Shown here: piece by piece, positions 58,950 to 64,000 of the stretch
Layout: each line of letters opens with the position of its first letter
How positions within the stretch are numbered: the stretch's first letter is position 1
Assembly (NCBI RefSeq): GCF_009914755.1
Contig: NC_060945.1
Reading direction: 5' to 3' (one strand)
Origin: the human T2T-CHM13v2.0 reference genome, Homo sapiens
Length of the DNA: 64,000 nt
Made by a program: the position numbers and the translations under genes
Notes under the pieces: generated by a model
The model's database searches: none
What the model was told of the DNA's origin: nothing
What the model saw: only the letters and a program-made list of their open reading frames with translations

Positions 58950-59905
58950 ATTTTATTTATTATCTTATTTAATATTTTAAATGGTATACGATGTGATATT
59001 TTGGTATATGTATACATTGTGAAATTATTGAATCGAACATATCTGTCACTTCACAGTTATTTTATGTGTGTGGTGAGAACACTTATCTACTGTCTTAGCA
59101 AGTTTCAAGTCTACAATACATCATGACTGACTGTAATCACCATGCTGTTGAATAGATATCCAGAACTTACTCATACTATCTGAATGAAACTTTGTACCCT
59201 TTGTTTTTGTTTTTTGGGGGGTTTTTTTGTTTTGTTTTGTTTTTTGAGACAGGGTCTTGCTCTGTTGCCCAGTGTTGCCCAGGCTGGAGTACAGTGGCAC
59301 CGTCACAGCTCACTGAAGCCCCGACCTCCTGTGCTCAATCAATCCGCTTGCTTCAGCTTCCCGAGTAAACGGTACTACAGGCACGCATCACCATGTTGGG
59401 CTAATTTTTAATATTTTTTGTAGAGACAAGGTCTCACTGTGTTGCCCAGACTGATCTTGAACTTCTGAGTTGAAGCGATCCTCCTGCCTCAGCCTCTCAA
59501 TGTGCTGGAATTACAGGCGTGAGCTACCATGCCTGGCCCTTTGACTTGGTTTGATCTTTAAGGGCATGAGTTATCAGATAAGAATCTACCTCTTCCTAGC
59601 TCTGTGGCCTTAACCTTTTTTTTTTTTTTGACAGGATCTTACTCTTACCCAGGCTGAAGTGCAGTGGCTTGATCATAGCTCACCCCAGCCTTGAACTCCT
59701 GGGCTCAGGCATCCTCACACCTCAGCCTCCAGAGTAGCTGGGACTATAGACAAGCCACTGCCATGTCCAGCTAATTTAAAAAATTTTTTGTAGAGACAAA
59801 GCCTCACTATGTTGCCCAAGCTGGTCTCAAATTCCTGGACTTGGGCGATCCTCTGCCTCAGCCTTCCAAAATGCTGGAATTACAGGTGAGCCACCATGCC
59901 CAGCC
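58950..59905 (-). mobile_element. L1MA 3' end fragment followed by two AluJ
   Basis: L1MA 3' UTR motifs (tatgtatacattgtgaaat); Alus at ~59205-59538 and ~59615-59905. Confidence 0.75.
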
Positions 59906-61389
59906 CTTAACGTCTTTAAACTGTCATTTTCTCATTTGTTGAATGAATATCACAATAGTACCCACCTCATAGGGTAGTTCTGGGGATTAAATAAAATATT
60001 TAGTTAAAATCTTGGCACATTGTAAGCACTCCATAAGTGTTACCTACTTTTGGTATTATCATTGTTGTTATAACGATTATTATTATTGGCGTATAGGTTG
60101 GCAATAGAAAATTATAACCCTCATGCTTAATTCAGCCCTAATTAGAAATTATAACTGAATCTAGCAGCTGCGAGCGGCAGCAGTTTAATGAAGAACGAGT
60201 TGTCATAAAATTTAAATTATATCTATCCATAGCTAGTTTCTATTTGTAATTGAGTTTTTTCCAAGTTTGTTTGTTACAAATGGAAAAGAGCTTTGCTGTA
60301 ATCATAAGAGATTTGATTTAACAGTTCTAAAGCCCGCTGACCTGATTGTGGAGGTTCTGACTTTAAATATGTAAAGCAGCCTGTGTGCTTGCCATCCTTG
60401 TTTGTTGCTTAAAAAAAATTATATTTTCTTATTATGTTGGTTAAGGAAAATTATATTTGTTAGAATATGTTTGTTGTAGAAATTAAACTTACCCATCAAG
60501 CCTTATGCTGTACACCCCAGCACTCCAACCATTAACTTGCTATCCGCAGTTTTTGATTTGCATCTGTGACTTCACTAGAATCTTAGTGGCCTTTGTCTCT
60601 ACCAGTGTATTTGTAATAAACTAAATTATCCTCAGAGACTTAATTGGTAACATAAGTGCAAGACTTTGCCTCTGAAAATACAGCTTTTAGAAATAACATT
60701 ATGCCTTTATAAGGTGTATTCCAAGGAAGACAAATATGTAAACATTCTTCATGTCATCAGAGTTTATAGTATTTTTCTGGAGTGGAAGGTTATTATTCCT
60801 ATTTTCCCAAAAAGTACCAGGGGGTCAGTGACTTCTTCCAGGTCAATAGCTTCTGTCTGGAATTACCAAGACCATAACTTGAATCACCTATTGCAAATTC
60901 CCTTTCTAGTCCATAACATTGTTGTGCAAAATTGAAATACTTATGTGACACCAAAACAAAAACGAAAACCAAACAAACCCAAAAACCAAAATCCCAAAAC
61001 CCCCCAAAAAACTAACACAAAAAACTAAACTAAAAAACCTAATAAATCCTAAGTCAGGTGGAAACACTTCAAATAGTTTCTGGATGTGAGAGCTTCTCAG
61101 AAGCTAATAAAGATTCCTGGCTCTATTGGATGGAATGCTAAGAAGCTATTTTGGTTGGATTGGGAACATTTATTAATGTCTTCATGTGAGCAGCAGTAAA
61201 AGTGTACTACCTATTAAAAGTTACCTATTTGCTTATTTTGCCCACCATTTTCAGATATGAGCTTCTGACATTTCAACAAAACTAATGACCAGCTTGTTTT
61301 GGGTAACCAGTTTCTTGCAGTTGATTATTATCCCCCAGAAATCCCTCTGTGCCAAGTCTTGTAGCCAAAACAGTTATTTAACCCAAGTA

Positions 61390-61717
61390 CAGTCATGTGC
61401 CGAATAATGATGTTTCAGCCAACAATGACCGCATTTAAGACAGTGGTCCCATAAGATTATAACAGAACATAAACAGAAACCTGATATGTAACACTTGATA
61501 TTGGCACTGCAGATTAAGCAGGGGAAATGACCGATAATTCAGTTAAGGTTCTGAGACATTTGGTTTTCCATATGAAAAATATGTATAAATTAAATATATA
61601 TGTATACATATACCATCAATGTTTGTGTAAGTATACTCTGATATTTGCACAATGACAAAATGGTCTAATGTCACATTTCTCAGAACATATCTCCATCATT
61701 AAGCAACATATGCCAGG
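61390..61717. mobile_element. Tigger3a/MER7-type DNA transposon fossil
   Basis: cagtcatgtgcc start, ggtcccataagattataa, cacatttctcagaac end. Confidence 0.75.
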
Positions 61718-62129
61718 AATAATTATGAATAGGTATAATAACTGCAAAAAGTCATGTAAAATAGATGGAACTGCCAGTGCTGAACAAATGAAGAGGATAA
61801 ATGAATGGTTTCTATGTAAAAGGTAAATGAATGTCAGTAAGAAATAGCACTCTCATGCTTCCATTTGCCAGAAGTATCACCTTTGGTTGGTTGTGGGTAA
61901 TGTCAATTATTGAAATAATTAAGTGAATATGGAATCCAGAGACTAAAATACTGAGCGATCAATCAGTGTGTATGACAAACCCTTCTGTGTATAGAAACAT
62001 AGATTCTATGGGAGGTGAAGGCATGTCTGAGGCACAGCTATGGTTTCAAAAGACTTTATAGTTTGATTTATAAAGCAATATTTGATACAGAAATACCAGA
62101 ACTTTAGAGCTGGAATAAAATAGAGGAAG

Positions 62130-62435
62130 TTTCTGTTTTTGTTTTGTTTTTTGACATGGAGTCGTCTCACTCTGTCACCCAGGCTGGATGGAGTGCAGTG
62201 GCGTGAACTCGGCTCACTGCAACCTCTGAGTTCAAATGATTCTCCTGCCTTAGCCACACGAGTAGCTGGAATTATAGGGGTGTGCCACCATGCGGGGCTT
62301 TTATTCTTTGTATTTTTAGTAGAGATGGGGTTTCACTATGTTGGTCAGGCTGGTCTTGCACTCCTGACCTCAAGTGATCCCCCCACCTAGGCCTACCAAA
62401 GTAGGGATTACAGGCATGAACTATCGCGCCTGGCC
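62130..62435 (-). mobile_element. AluS
   Basis: Alu with small indels. Confidence 0.85.
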
Positions 62436-62445
62436 TAAAATAAAA

Positions 62446-62575
62446 AGAAATTGTAAAACTAGAAGAGAACTTAGAGATCACCTAGCCCGAGAAATTGTAA
62501 AACTAGAAGAGAACTTAGAGATCACCTAGCCCGAGAAATTGTAAAACTAGAAGAGAACTTAGAGATCACCTAGCC
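62446..62575 (+). repeat. Perfect 44-bp tandem repeat, ~3 copies
   Basis: agaaattgtaaaactagaagagaacttagagatcacctagcccg at 62446, 62490 and 62534 (third copy 42 bp). Confidence 0.97.
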
Positions 62576-63085
62576 TAATACTCATGGTTAAAGAGGTAAT
62601 TTAGTGAGAACTTAAAATGCAAGCTATAATTTTAGCTTATATCACAGGCCCATTCCTTCTCTTATATATTTTTTATTTTCCGCCTTCATATTGAGCATGT
62701 GCCAGTTCATTGATGTTACCACTTCTCAAGCTAAAAGTATCATCTGCATGTCACCCAGTGATGGCAATGGACCCGGTCACAGTGATTCAAGGGTCCCCAA
62801 AAAGGGTGCTGTCCTTGTCCATTGATGACTGAGGAAGGGGTGCTTCTTTTCTGCCTATTCTGACACCATATTATCTGTGGTGGTACCAAAGCTACTGGAC
62901 ACTCCTGATGGCAAGAGGTGTAAACCCAAATGCAGATGAATGAAGGAAGAAAAAAGACAATCAAAGCTGTGCTGTAAAGGAGACAGACAGCCCCCAACCC
63001 CCTGCCCTGAAAAGGAGAGCTATATTGTCAGCCACCCGAAAAAAGGCATGACCAGTGGACTTCAGGATCAATGTGGTCAGATGTC

Positions 63086-63258
63086 TTTTTTTTTTTTTAA
63101 GAGATGGAATCTTGCTGTATTGCCCCGGTTGGAGTGCAGTGGCTATTCACAGGCACTATTATAGCACACTATAGCCTTGATCTCCTGGTCTCAAGTTGCC
63201 CTCCTGCCTTAACCTCCTGGGTAGCTGGAACTACAGGCACATGCCACCACACCCGACC
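63086..63258 (-). mobile_element. FAM / 7SL-derived Alu monomer
   Basis: Retains the 7SL-specific cagtggctattcacaggc segment. Confidence 0.75.
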
Positions 63259-63739
63259 AGAATTTTTTTTTTTAACAGAGTCTCACCTTGTTGCCCAGGC
63301 TAGAGTGCAGCTTGTTTTAAGTGTTCTATAGCTCCATTAGTATGAAATATCTGTGTGTAAATTGATAACGACAAAGCTATTTTGATTGACAAAGTATCAG
63401 ACTTTGGATAAAATCATAAATTATATAGATATCGCAATCAATTTCAAATTCATTTTGGCATCATAACTTTCTTAAGTTAGAAAGAACACCATATTTAGCA
63501 TATAATCTATACATGCATTACCTGCATTGTGGGGATTTTAAGCATGTCCATACATTCTTTGACACCTCTCTGTCCAAAATGTGAAGTCTACTTCTCTAGC
63601 ACCTGAGTGTGAGATAGACTTAGTGGTTCATTTCCAAGGAATAGAGTATGGAAGGGAGAAAACAATAACCACATGAAGTACATGTAGACATCTATTTCAA
63701 AAAATAAAAACAAAATGACAAAAAACAAAAAATTATGAA

Positions 63740-64000
63740 TATAATTGAAAATTAATCTCACTTATGAATATACAGAACAAGAAAAATTATAGTTTATTTG
63801 TAAATGAAGATTCAAAATTTGAAAAATAAAATATTTTAAATCTACAAGTATATTATTAGTAATACTACTGATCATGACCAATTTGGGTTTATCCCAGAAT
63901 GCAAGGGTGGTTCAAAATTATGTAATCCACCGTAATAGAGAGGAGGGGAGGGGGGAAACACTTGCCATCTTAATAGAAGTAGGAAAAGCATTTTATAAAA
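63740..64000 (+). mobile_element. Ancient L1 ORF2 fragment
   Basis: catgaccaatttgggtttatcccagaatgcaagggtggttc (HDQxGFIP..QGWF). Confidence 0.7.

Noticed and set aside
62446-62575. Tandem 44-bp units as a CRISPR-like array
   Set aside because: No spacers; head-to-tail duplication in human DNA

Overview
Human genomic DNA, not microbial. A human-specific AluYb8 is present, and the single protein-coding gene translates to what I recognise as human N6AMT1/HEMK2 (chr21q21.3, from memory). N6AMT1 lies on the minus strand in 6 coding exons (30564->21559; 645 nt = 214 aa + stop; all GT-AG junctions, phases consistent). It has a CpG-island promoter with tandem NRF1 palindromes. Upstream on the same strand are two processed pseudogenes: an HSPD1/HSP60 retrocopy (~32.2-34.5 kb) and a THUMPD1 retrocopy (~42.6-48.5 kb) interrupted by an LTR12 solo LTR and Alus. 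The rest is mostly interspersed repeats: two ERV-L elements, MER61, MaLR LTRs, L1 fragments, many Alus, hAT/Tigger fossils and microsatellites. I found no evidence of a new multi-gene biological system. The most notable observations are structural or regulatory. (1) An ERV-L provirus has an aberrant 5' end: LTR stub + polypurine-tract region + LTR. (2) A complex templated inverted duplication lies at 56.4-57.4 kb. (3) The N6AMT1 3' region lacks a canonical AATAAA and runs into sense ERV-L pol and a MER61 LTR. (4) Inverted Alus flank the NPPY-encoding exon 4. (5) A dense palindrome cluster lies at 49.5-49.7 kb. (6) There is a perfect 44-bp x3 tandem repeat. Repeat subfamily names are from recall of consensus sequences, and repeat boundaries without TSDs are approximate.
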